NCBI GenBank assembly: GCA_024679065.1 | Contig: JAGIQG010000005.1 | Span: 84,444,001 to 84,508,000 of the forward strand | Length of the DNA stretch: 64,000 nucleotides | DNA from: Sphyrna mokarran | Taxonomy: Eukaryota | Reading direction: 5' to 3' | Part shown: positions 1-13,195 of the stretch, one piece after another | Position numbering within the stretch: the stretch's first letter is position 1 | Layout: the number at the start of each line of letters is the position of its first letter | Notes under the pieces: model-generated | The model's input: the letters and a program-made list of their open reading frames with translations, nothing else | Told to the model about the DNA's origin: nothing | Database searches by the model: none | Program-made: the position numbers and the translations under genes

Positions 1-1530
1 GTTAAAAGGAGAGCTACAAGAAAGATTCCTAGCTTTAAGGCTCTGATCGTTATAAAATAGTCATCCAGTTACTTAAGAACAGCATAGTCTTAGAAGTGAC
101 ATGATAAGTATACAAAATAAATAATAGCCTAAACTGGATATCTATTAGATTGAGGAGGACCAAGAAACACATTTAAGCTTTAAAAGAGTAGGAACAGACT
201 AGATGGATAGGTAACCCTCCTATTCTCAGAAAGGTATTAGCTTATTTTCTGTGTTAACTATGTATGCCTTCAAGAGGGAGCTGAATACATTCATTGTCAC
301 AAACATAAGTGGAATAACTGGTAACACTCATGTGGTCAGTGGGATCCCCAAAAGCAGTTTTGGATGTCTTTAGAAGTCAAAGAGAAATATTCCAGAAGTT
401 GTTTTTCCTAAATCTGAGGGTTTTTTTTCCCTGTTTTATGCCTGCAAGAGTTAGGACTTTATATCTAATCAAGATATTCCAGATCTCTTCCTGCCTGTCA
501 TTTTCATTTGTTTGGAAAATAATTTTTGGAATGGATTTACAAGAGTTGTGTGACCAAGTATATTTAAAGTCTCAAAATTTGCATTTGTCGAAATTAAATT
601 TATTTCTAATATATAGCAGAAAGCTTTACATGTAATATTTTAGGATGCATATGAAGAACTTTCTTCCTTATTTTTGTCATTTCTTTAATCTTCTCCCAAT
701 TCCTTGTTTCTTCCTCAGAATTTTCCTTAATAATTTGATCATATTCATATTCGTGCTTTGCATGTTTTTATTTATTTAGAAAACCAAATTGTGCATTTCA
801 TTTTTGCATTCCTCCAGTTATTAGAGTGTGGAGCTCAGTAGTGAGTAAGCAGAAACTGTCCAGAGTTTAAAATGTAGATGGATATATACCAGTGCCACAA
901 GTGCACTTCCAAATCAAAACAAATGAAGTTTGCGAGTCATTACTGATATCTGCTTTAAGTATTGTATATAGCATACTTTCCTTTTTTTAAAATTACTTAC
1001 TTTGTTTCTTAAAAGATGACTGGCATCATGTCACGGTGAGTACTCTGCACAGGTAAGCAGACAGTTTGCAATTAAAGACAATGGATGTATGATGTCGGTG
1101 GTGATTATAAGTAGTGCATGTTATGTTAGAAAGTGCAAAATACTAGTTTCCCTTTCCTTAATACAGATGTGTCCAGTATCCTGTATATATCATAATTCAA
1201 ATGGCACAAGTCCTATAAAGTACTCATACACCTATAAACAAGGCCGTGGGTTTGCTGCTTATAAAATGGATAAATTATTAAAGAATTGACTAAAAACCAA
1301 GAAAAATCCTGGAAAAATTAGAATAGAATTTAACTTATTTTGCCATCATTAACCAGTGATTCTAAATGGACAGAATTGTAGAATGTGATCTCAAAACACT
1401 AGTGAGGATCTCAGAATCCCATGTAAAAGAAAAATAATTTGATTATTTTGTCTGCTCCTCTATAATGAAAGGTATAGATTTGAATGGATTCATGCATTTT
1501 GTATACTAATATGTTATCTGCTCTCCTTAC

Positions 1531-1656
1531 CTGCACTAATTGCTCAGTGTGTTGATGCAATTCCTCTAAGATTGGAAGAGTCTGCTCAGGTGTGCAGTGC
1601 TCCAAGATACGCTGTATGACTCGACAACCATAAGGATGAGTTGACAACACAAAGAC
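1531..1656 (-). CDS. PUM2: PUM2 coding exon p (126 nt): [42 protein letters not shown] (PUF repeat 5)
   Basis: Overlaps ORF 1411..1650; acceptor ttctag, donor CAG|gtaagg. Confidence 0.97.
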
Positions 1657-1789
1657 CTAGAAAATAATTATCAGTTGCTGAGGAAACAAGACTTTGCTGT
1701 TAAAAAAAAATGCAAGAATTTTATAAAATTAAAAAATTTTAAAGATAGGAAAAATAAATCCAGTACAGTATTAATTCAGGGAGACAATG

Positions 1790-2250
1790 ATGCAAGATCA
1801 TGGATCTGACATGTTAATGCATCCCTTCAGAATTGGGCCCTTTATTTTATATTGCTTCTCCTCATTCTTCTTACCAAATGTACCACCTCATACTTCTCTG
1901 CTTTCAACTTTAACTATCACATACCTGTCAATTCCACCAGCTTGTCTTGTATTATCGCTATACTCTGCACAGTTCATAAGTTTGGTGCCATCTTAAATTG
2001 TTCCCTCTATATTCATGTCTAGGTCATTAATAGTGATGAAGAAAAGTAGTGGTTTTAGTACCATCCCGAGGGAACCCCAGCGTATACCTTGCTTCAGTCT
2101 GAAAATCACTGTTCACTACCAAGTCACTTGGCCAACTTTGTATCAATACCACCACTTTCTCTCTCATTTTATAGGCTTCAACTTTGCTGGCAAGTCTATG
2201 CACTATGAAACTATGAAAAAATTGCAATATGAAATAATCTTTTGAAAATT
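1790..2250 (-). mobile_element. Degenerate CR1-clade LINE RT fragment
   Basis: Reverse strand resembles decayed CR1 RT (GFPRDGT.. similar to GVPQGSVLGP). Confidence 0.45.
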
Positions 2251-2309
2251 CAGACACATGACATCAACTGTTATGTGTTAAAAAAACTCAATCTAGTTAG
2301 TTGATCATC

Positions 2310-5290
2310 ATTTGCCTTTAAAAAAAAATCTTTGCTGGCTTTCCTCAATTAATCCATATTTGTCCAAGGCAGGTATCAAACTGTGGACTTACAATGGAGA
2401 GGCTATATCATTGTTTGGAGAAGTAGTCATTCTGTACAACAGCCAAGATGCAAGCGTATGGCTCCTGGTGATAAAAGGGCTTGTGCCAGTGTCCCAGGGT
2501 GTGACTGGTTCAATAAGATTCAGTTGAACTGGAGTGAGACAAAATACACACGGATGACAGAGGATACCTTCAGAAATATCCTGAAGTTTTCAAAGATGAA
2601 CTGGGCACATTGCCGGGCATCACAGTTAAGCTGTTTGCAGACCGTGGGCTATGCCTTGCTTTTTCAAGCCCAAGACTGCCCTACACCATGAAAGATCAAA
2701 TGGAAGAATTGAGGTGGCTCCTGAGGCAAGGAATCATTGAACTCATTCAGTTTTCACACTGGGCAGCCCCAATTATTCCTGTTATTATGCACTGCGCTTA
2801 TATGCGGGGATAACAAACTTACCCGTCTGTGCTTTATCTCACCCCAGTTCAACTGAATTTTACTGAGCCAGTCACACTCTGGGAGATTTGCAGATAAGAC
2901 ATTCTTAAAACCTGACCTGAGCAAAGCCTACCAGCAGCTTCTGTTAGAGGAGAACTCAAAACAGTACATCACAATCAACACCAACAAAGGGTTTGTTCAA
3001 ATACAACCCTCTAGTTTTGGGATGTCCTCCAGTTCAATGATTTTTCAAGACAATAGACAATCTATTGCAGGTGTTTTCCAACACAGCAATTTACTTGGAT
3101 GACATCCTGATCACAGGAAAAATGAGAGGGAGTACCTCAACAAGTGTTTTCAGAGGTAGGACTGTCCAAGTACATCTTCCAGGCACACACTGTAGATGAT
3201 CTGGATCACAAAATTACAGTGGAGGACAAGTCAGAACTAACAAGGAAGCTCCCAATCCTAGGAATGTGTCTGAACTCAGATCATTTCTGGGCTTACAGAA
3301 AGCTTCTGCTAGATTTTTTAAACAGTGTTGGCGTCACTGCTGCTCCACAAAGAGACCCAAGTGAAATGGAGGTTAGCACAAGAGAAAGCTTTCAAGATTG
3401 TAAGGCCATTGCTACAATCAATTAGCTGATCTGCTGGTTCATTTTGATCAGGACAGAGAGCTCATTCTGTTGTATCACGCCCTATGGCATGGTCTCTCAT
3501 TTGATGGAGAACAGTTCGGAAAAAGAACACTGGATTTGCATCAAGCACACAGCCAACAATTAAGAAGGGATAGTCAGAGCTAGACAAGGCATAGCTACTT
3601 ATCTTCACTGTGAAACACTTTCATCAGTACCCTTATGGTCATTCATTCACTATATGTACAGACCACAAGCCATGGATGAAACTCTTCATTAAATCCAGAT
3701 TCATTCCTCCCATAGTCTTGGCATGAATACAGTGCTGGGCTCTTACATTGTTAACCTATCAGAATAACTGTATATAGGGTGGGGAAGGACAGTGCAAAAG
3801 CACTATGTCGCTTCCTTTACAAGACATGCTCACCAAAACATTATTTCCTCCAGAGACATTTTCCTTGCTCATGAGACTGTGTGAATGTAAAACAGATTAA
3901 AGAGTGGACAGACTAGGACCCTGCCCTGCCCCAGGTGAAAAGGTTCCTAACACAGGTTGGCCTTTTAATACAGGGTATGATGAACTGAGACCATGTGTGA
4001 AATCAAACTGGAACCAAGTGTGCAGGATGGTTGCATTCTTTGGGGGTTCACAGTGGTTGTCTAAACAGTGAAGTCTTAAATGAAGTCCATGAGGCTCACC
4101 TGGGTGCCTCCCAGATGAAAAGTTTAACAAGTTCATACGTCTAGTGGCCCGGCATGGATCAGCATATGGAGAACAAGACAAAATTCTGTCTGGTGTGTGA
4201 GCTCAGCCAAATGATGGTGCCACCAGTGCTACTTTATCCATGGGGGTGGCCTGACTGTCCCTGGTCCAGGCTCCATGTAGACTTTGCAGGGCCTTTCATG
4301 GGACATATGTTTCTAATCATTGTGGATGCATATTCTAAGTGGCTGGAAACAAACATCATGAGCAACGTCACAGCTCCTGTTACAAAGTTTATGGCACTCA
4401 TGACTTACCAGATTTTCTTGCCTCTGATAACAGCACATTTACTAGTGACTTGATCTAGGAGTTCATGCAGAGAAATGGAATATCCCATGTGCGCACTGCT
4501 CCTTTTCATCCCACATCAAATGGTTTAGCAGAGCGAGCTGTGCAGACACTGAATGGAGGCGGAACTCTCGGAACCAAGCTCCCATGGTTCTTGTTTCAGT
4601 ACCACATCAGGCCACAAAAGATGACAGGGCTCTCACCAGCTGAAATGCTGACGAGTAGGAAGCCAAACTCTCACCTGAATCTGCTGCATCCAGATGTCAA
4701 AATGGGAATGGGAAGGAGTCAGGAAAAGCAAAAGGAGCGACATGACCACCTTACTAAGGAGAGACATTTCAATCTAAATGACAGTGTCTATGTGAGAAAT
4801 TTTGATCGAAACTAACACTGGCACCCTGGAGCTATTCTCAAAGTGGTCCAGTTTCCTTTGTGATTAAACTAACTGGTGAAAGACGCACAGACACCAGGCT
4901 CTCATTCATTCATCGGAGCCGCAACTCTGAAACAACAAAATCTTCAGACCATGCAGCAGAAAGAAATGCTACAGTGGAGACCCAACAGGAGATGGTACCT
5001 GATGGATAGGGCATCAAGTGGTCTCTTTTCCAGAAACCAGAGGGGGACTGGTCTTCACCAATTTTTTTCAAAGTCGCAGTTCCAATGAATGTGAGCCTGG
5101 TGTCTATAGGTGATTCCTTCACCAATTAGTTTCATCGCTAAGGAAACGGCACCACTTTAATTGAGAGTGGCTTCAGAGTATTCAGTGGGAGCTGTTGCTG
5201 TAGCCGGAAGAGCTAGTCCTACTCATCGCTGTTGCTAAATTATGTTATAGGCTGCAATGTTGTTATTTTACAGTTTAAACAGTAAAGGAG
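2310..5290 (+). mobile_element. Decayed Ty3/Gypsy LTR-retrotransposon pol (protease-RT-RNaseH-integrase), antisense to PUM2
   Basis: Fragmented motifs in Gypsy order: LWTYNGEAI; HWAAPIIPV; DLSKAYQQL; AIYLDDILITG (~3086-3118); ICTDHKP (~3652-3672); WSRLHVDFAGPF; TAPFHPTSNGLAERAVQT. Many stops and frameshifts; no LTR pair identified. Confidence 0.9.
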
Positions 5291-5513
5291 ATTAAGTATT
5301 TAAATATGTTTGATCTCTTGTCAAGTTACCACAACTCTCTATCTCAGTCAACCACGTGAGAATTTTTTCAACAGATTTTCTGATTCTACTGATATTGGCT
5401 CTCAAAAGAGAATATTAGTTGGTTCATATGCCATTGTTTTATTTCACAACTCAAAAGCTGTACAAGAGAAATTTGATTTATTTAAATCATTAACAGCAAA
5501 CAATTCTTATTTA

Positions 5514-5798
<285 letters not shown>

Positions 5799-5913
5799 CT
5801 ACAAGCATAATTCATTGGAAAAATCTTTAAACATTAATATTTCTGCAATTATTTATTCATTTCTACCAACAATTAACTTAAGTCAGGAAAAATCTGTTCA
5901 AACTTACAATTAC

Positions 5914-6042
5914 CTGCTGGTCAGCTGATATGGATTCTAAAGCTTTCTGGATAACACGACAACCATACATCTGTAGAGCCAAGGGTAAAACATGACCACG
6001 AATACGTTGAGCTAAAGCCAACTTCTGATCCATGCTCCCAAA
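5914..6042 (-). CDS. PUM2: PUM2 coding exon n (129 nt; 135 nt with the alternative donor ending at 5908): [43 protein letters not shown](VI)
   Basis: Manual translation; acceptor ttttag; tandem donors CAG|gtaatt|gtaagt. Confidence 0.96.
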
Positions 6043-7049
6043 CTAAAAGTATTAAAACAAAACCATAAATTTCAAATTAAACTAAAAGTACAAATATAGA
6101 TTCAACATCTCAAAGGTTACAATATTTTGTGTCTTTGTAAAAGTGCCACTACGCTTGGTTCAGGATTCTGAATTAATGTCTTCTTCAGCAGTGGATGAGT
6201 TAAGTTCATGCCACAGGAGTTGGAACTCTCTCATGTCTCTCAGTACCAATTCACAACTGCAAGTAGGGTGAAAATCATGAATCAGTTAGACAATGGGGCT
6301 GATTGAAATATACATTTTATTAATTTTAAGATAGTAGCTATTGAATGTTAATCATACATTGGCGCGCACTAAGCTCTAGAGTGAGTGTGTGAAGGATTCA
6401 TGGAAAAATAAATTCTCACGCCCCCAAATACCCACTTTTTTTTTTGAGTATTTTAAAGTCTTATAAGTTGCTTCAGAACATAGCTGAAGTAATATTACAA
6501 ATAACAGAATAATCCTTGACAAATTTTGCATAGAAATATGCCATTCACACCAGACTTCATAGCAAGAAAAGTACATGAATTATACATGGAACACAAGTAT
6601 ACATTTAATTCAAAAATTCTAAATGTACACTTGCAGCTTTAGTAAAAAAAAGTCCCCCACTAATGCTGCAAGTTTACCAATTTAATATTTTAAGACTTTA
6701 TAAATTCATGAAGTAATCTATTATAGAATCAGCTGTCAGTTAAGTGACACATCAGTGATGTGTAATTACAGCGCGCATTGGTCCACTAACCCATGTTAAA
6801 GTAATTCTATAACCACTAACTTCCTGTGACACTGCATGTGGCATTACAGGACACTAGGCTGAGACTGGAGTGGTCAGGTTAGCCACAGAGCAAAGGATAG
6901 GGAGTTAAGCATAGGGATTTTAGAATACAAAGTCCAGTAAAAGCATAGACAGAGTAAGAGTTGGTTTATTGCAATTACGTTTTCTTGCTGTTTTATGTAT
7001 TCAACCAAAACAGGTACATTAGGTTCAATACAGTTGGATTAAAAACAAG

Positions 7050-7842
7050 AATACGGCTGTTGTTGAAAGCAAACCATTGAAGCCCCATGCAAGAGTTCTT
7101 CAGGGAAGCATCTACAGTCTAATTATCTTCCACCATCTCATCAATGATAAATTCAGGGATTGAACTGTTCACTGATGGTTCCGATGCTCACCCAAATCTA
7201 CAATTTTTCAAAAATGCAACCATTCATGCCAGCCTACAGGAGCTGTATAACATCCCAGGTTTGGCTTGACAAGCAGCAGATAATATTCAATTGCACAAGT
7301 ACCGGCAATAACCACTTTGAACAAGAAAAGCCCGTTACCTATCCATGAGTTTCAATGGCAGCATAATTACCAAGTTCCCCACCATCACTATCTTATGGGT
7401 CACCACTGCCCAGAAGTTTAACCACATGAACACTATGGCTATATCAGCAAGATGGCAGACTAGGCAACAAGTGTCCTACTTCCTCTTCTCTCAAAGTTTT
7501 TCTTCATGAACTTCAAGTCAACAACATATACCACTTACCTGATGGGTGCTTCAGCTCTATCATTGGCACACCGTGGCTTCAAATTGTACGATTTACAGGG
7601 TGTACTGCAATAACTTAGCAAGTTTACACTGACAGCATTGCCTGGACCGCTGTTACTGATAAGGGGAAGGACATCAATGCTGAAGGAACACTTATCTGGA
7701 TATGCATCACCATTATCACTGCTGGAATTTCTTACTTATCACATGTGGGAGTACTACCACCAGCCAAGAAAGCAATTAGGTCCTACAGTACTTCAGGGCA
7801 ACCAAGGATGAGCAATAAATGTGGCTTTTTCAGCATTGCCTA
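7050..7842 (+). mobile_element. Degenerate LINE 3' portion (CR1/L2 group) ending in a cagggcaaccaaggatgagcaataaatg tail
   Basis: RT-like remnants (PQGSI-like, YSLIIFHHLIND) and a 3' tail shared with elements at 12390 (-), 42760, 53900 and 61380. Confidence 0.6.
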
Positions 7843-9174
<1,332 letters not shown>

Positions 9175-9579
9175 TCAGTTCTAGACTTGCAGCATTTTAA
9201 AATGCAGTTCGCTGTAATTTTTGCTTAAAATATATAGTTACCGTTCATCTTACTGCAGAGTGGAGCTCTTTGCACAGCTGAGATAGCAGGCTGTTTGGCA
9301 ACTAATTAAAATAAATGCACTCCTTTATTCTCAAAGTGAAGAACAATACTGTTCTTTGATGATAGCACTTGTCCTTACAAATAAATGCATTGTTTTCTTA
9401 GAACTTTGATGGTGTAAATGGGCTTTTTCAGAAATCTAAAATATTTCTTCGATAAGAAGACCATTTGGGGTAGAGAAATTAAGGGATTGAGGGATACAGA
9501 TGCATTACAAGTAGCAAGGCAGCTTAGTAAAGCCAACAGAAAAACTATGCCAAACATATATGGAACATAACTGAAATAC

Positions 9580-9990
9580 AAAAAAGACGTGAATTTCTAG
9601 AGTATTTTTCACGACCATCAGAAGTCAAAGTGCTTTACAATCAATGAAATACTTTTGAAGCACAGTCACTGTTGTAATGTAGCAAATGGAACAAATTGCA
9701 CTCAACAAATTCCCACAAACAGCAACGTGATAATGACCACATTACTGATTTTTACAGTTTACGAGGGATAAATATTGGCATCTTCCCTGCACTTTCCCAA
9801 TTGTTCCATGGGATCCTTCACATCCACCCAAGGAGGCAGATGGCACTCACTTTAACATCACATTCAACAGAAAGCACCCTGTTGGTGTTGCACTCCCTCA
9901 CAACCCATGTTGCGTTTCAGCCTTTATTTTTGTGCTCAAGTCCCGGAGTAGGATTTGAACCCAGAAACTTATGATTCAGAAGCAACCTCA
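9580..9990 (-). mobile_element. tRNA-headed Deu-domain SINE (SacSINE1/AmnSINE-like)
   Basis: Minus strand has a GGGTTCAAATCC B-box-like head, a central ..GGATGTGAAGGATCCCATGG..CAATATTTATCCCTC.. domain and a GTAAAGCACTTTG tail; related copies at 22370 and 31970. Confidence 0.7.
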
Positions 9991-10029
9991 AGTACTAATG
10001 AACAAGTTCTGATAGCTACATGATTTTAA

Positions 10030-10475
10030 AAAAAGATGTAGAGACATTGGGAAGATTCAAAAAGGACTCGTAAGGATGATACCAGAACTGAGAAGTTAAG
10101 ACCACCATCAAGAAAGACCAAACATGCTCAGCGAAAAGACTTGATGAGTGTCTTTAAGATAATGAAAGGATCTGATTATGGTAGCCATGAAGGAAACGTT
10201 CTGCATGAGGGAGAGACCAAAACTAGATGGCAGTTATTAATAAATCCAAAAACGAATTCAGGAGAAACTTGCAACAATGAGTAGCTGAGGCAAATAATAG
10301 ATTTCTTTTTTTTTTTAAGGGGAACCCAGATAAGCATAAGTGCAAAGGGATTAGAAGGATATACTGGTGGGTTAGATGGAAAAAAGAAGGAAGTAGACTC
10401 GTGTGAGGTATAAACATCAGTATAGGCCAGCTAGGCCGAAGAACCAGTTTTCTGTGCTATAGATTTGATGTAACT
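10030..10475 (+). mobile_element. CR1-clade LINE 3' fragment
   Basis: Decayed 'ALEKVQRRFTRMIPELR' region and 3' UTR. Confidence 0.65.
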
Positions 10476-10740
10476 ACATATTCATTTTAAAACAATGATG
10501 GAAAATAATACACTTTCTGACTGTATGACTTTAATATCCTTCTCTGACACACATGCTCTAAGAATGAATCAGAAAATGATGAACAAAATGGGTTACCTGT
10601 TTAGGCAACTTGAACTCAAGTAACAGTCTTAATGACACCAACCTTGTTGAAACAAAACTCATGCTACTGATCCTAACCAATCATTTCAAAATTAGGAACA
10701 TACACCAACTTTAAAAAAAGATTTCCACCAGTTAATTTAC

Positions 10741-11008
10741 CTGGAGCCATGTTGGTCCTGGGAGAATTCAACTATGTGACCAACTAGATCACGTAGTTGA
10801 AGATTTGGGAAACGATTGTTTCTGAAGTCCTCCAGCAGCCTGCTACGACCTGAAGGCATGATATCAGATCTGCTGTACCGAAGACGGGAGGGAGGAAACA
10901 GCTGGCTGCTTGAACTGAACAGACTCGATGAACCAATCCCACTGCGACTTTTAGCTTCAGCACCAGGTGCTGCAGAGATGAATCGGCCACTGCCATTTGT
11001 CAGTCCAC
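10741..11008 (-). CDS. PUM2: PUM2 coding exon l (268 nt): [20 protein letters not shown]...[36 protein letters not shown] (start of PUM-HD)
   Basis: Within ORF 10737..11051; acceptor ctgcag, donor AG|gtaaat. Confidence 0.97.
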
Positions 11009-11840
11009 CTGCAGTGAAAACATGTGTTGATAAACTGAAAAGAATATACATAGTAATGCAGCTATATATTGGCCTCTGAGAATGGTTCGAGTTCTATAAT
11101 AATGGTAATATATTGCATCTTCATCAATATTGACCTTTTCCTTAAGATACAAAAATTATCAAAGAATCTTAATTGCTGCAGAAGAACACATAGTACTGCA
11201 TGAATTCAGGATTCAAAGCTTTGTGCTGTGCACACAATTAGCTATATTGTATTTGATACGGTTTAGTCAAATTGAAATCTAAGGTTGGTACCATTCAAAA
11301 TGCAGTACTTAAAAGCAGAACAATTAGCCACTTAAATGATAAATTAACTCACAAGCAAATATTGTGCATCAATTTTTAATGAATGAAACTGCAGCATATC
11401 AGATGTTAAAGAGATAAAACCCATTAACAAAATGGCATATCTAAACAGAATGCTTTTAAGTTGTTTTTGGAAGATTCTGAAAACATGTCAAATTGCTCAC
11501 TGGGTAAAGAGAAGGATTTTCACTATTCCTTGATTTATGATAGCTGTCAATAGATGTACAATTTCTAAATCCTTTAGTGCTTTGTTTTTAACAAAATTAC
11601 CCCAGTTTAGTATTCTTCACTGGTATAGTCAAAAATTAAGTTATGTGAAAGCATTGACAAATAGCTTTCCATTTTTTAAAATCCTAAGCAATAGCATTCA
11701 ATTTTGTGTATTATATACCAAACTCCAAACGGATACAAATGGATTTCTCATCAATATAAAAGTCAGTCCAGGACTGAAAACTTGAATGCCAGATTATTGG
11801 TATATACACATTTTTAAGCACAACAAAACAATAAACATAC

Positions 11841-12077
11841 CAAGATGAAGACTAGATGAAGACCCGTGCGAGGAAAGGGATGGAGGTGGTGTCAACGAGT
11901 GACTGGGTGTCTGGCTAGGAAGAGGCATGCCAATTGGACCAGGCGATGAGGAGAATCCCAAGCTGCTGTAAAACTGCTGACCTATAGGAGCCAGACTGCT
12001 GTTTGGTCGTTTGTATAGATCAGAGCTGGTAGACAATGAATCTCTTCTCGATACACTGTTGCTTCCAGAGCTACCAA
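11841..12077 (-). CDS. PUM2: PUM2 coding exon k (237 nt): [24 protein letters not shown]...[17 protein letters not shown]
   Basis: Within ORF 11794..12087; acceptor ctacag, donor G|gtatgt; symmetric phase 1-1. Confidence 0.96.
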
Positions 12078-12387
12078 CTGTAGGCACAGAATATCAAAAT
12101 AGGTTGGGTATGAAGCTGGTAACGGTACATAATATCTGAACATTTTAGTTGCCACAAATTGTTTAACCCTATAAATATAATGTGTATGTGCCTTTTATTG
12201 AAGGTAGCAATATTTACAACAATTTACAGCTGAATTTCTATTTTTCATTATTAGCAAGTTTTAAATTAGGCTGATCTATGTCTACTGTACAATAACTGAA
12301 GTACTTTCTTAAGATGAAAATTTTGAAAATGAATACATTTTATTTATTTAAACTTAAAAAAACACAAGTGCATTTTTAAATTTTATT

Positions 12388-13195
12388 TATGAGATGTGGG
12401 CATTGCTAGCTTGGCCAGCATTTATTGTCTATTACTAATTGCACTCAAGGAAACAATGGTGAGCTGTCTTCTTGAATTGCTGCAATCCCTGTTGTGTAGA
12501 TACACCCTCAGTGCTGTTAAGAGGGGGATTCCAGGATTTTGACCCAGCACCCGTGATGGAACAAATATGTTTCCAAGTCAGGATGGTGAGTTTCTTGGAG
12601 GAAATTTTCCAGGTATCTGCTGTCTTTGTCTTTCAAAATGGTAGTATCTTGGTCTTTTAAGGTGCTGCCCAAGGCAGCACGAAGGCAAAGCAGTTAGCAC
12701 TGCTGGCTAAGTGCCAAAGATCTGGGTTCAATTCCGGCCTTAGGTCAATGTCTGTGTGGAGTTTGTATGTTTTCCTCGTGTCTGCATGGGTGTTCTCAGG
12801 GTGCTCCAGTTTCCCCTTCACTTCAAAGATGAGAAAATTAGCTGTATTGGCCATGCTAATGTGCTTCTTAGTGTCAGGGGAATTAGCATTGTAAATAACT
12901 GGGTTACAGGGATAGTGCCTGGTGGACTGTCATAGGTGCAGGCTCATTGGACCAACAAGACTCTCCCTGCACTGTAGGATTCTATGATGTTGAATTCCTG
13001 CAATGCATTTTGGAGTAGTACACATTTCTGCCACTGTTCATTGATGATGGAGCGGGTAAATGTGGATGGGATACCGATCAAATGTGTGCTGCTTTGTCCT
13101 GTAAGATGTCAAACTTCTTGAGTGTTGTTAGATTGCACTCATTCAGGCAAGTGGACTGTATTGCAACACATTCCTGACTTGGTGGTTAGACTTAG
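12388..13195 (-). mobile_element. LINE 3' end (CR1/L2 group) interrupted by an HE1-like SINE
   Basis: Reverse complement of the AATAAATGCTGGCC..GCCCACATC tail at 12390-12430; sequence resumes after the SINE at ~12990. Confidence 0.65.
12672..12990 (+). mobile_element. HE1-like V-SINE
   Basis: GGCAGCACG..GTTAGCACTGCT A box, GGGTTCAATTCC B box, V-domain GTGTGGAGTTTG..GGGTGCTCCAGTTTCC, tail CACTGTAGGATTCTATGA. Confidence 0.88.

Noticed and set aside
10816-11079. Plus-strand ORFs overlapping PUM2 exons (also 8941, 16753, 33797, 38507)
   Set aside because: Antisense shadows of coding exons; no independent gene evidence.
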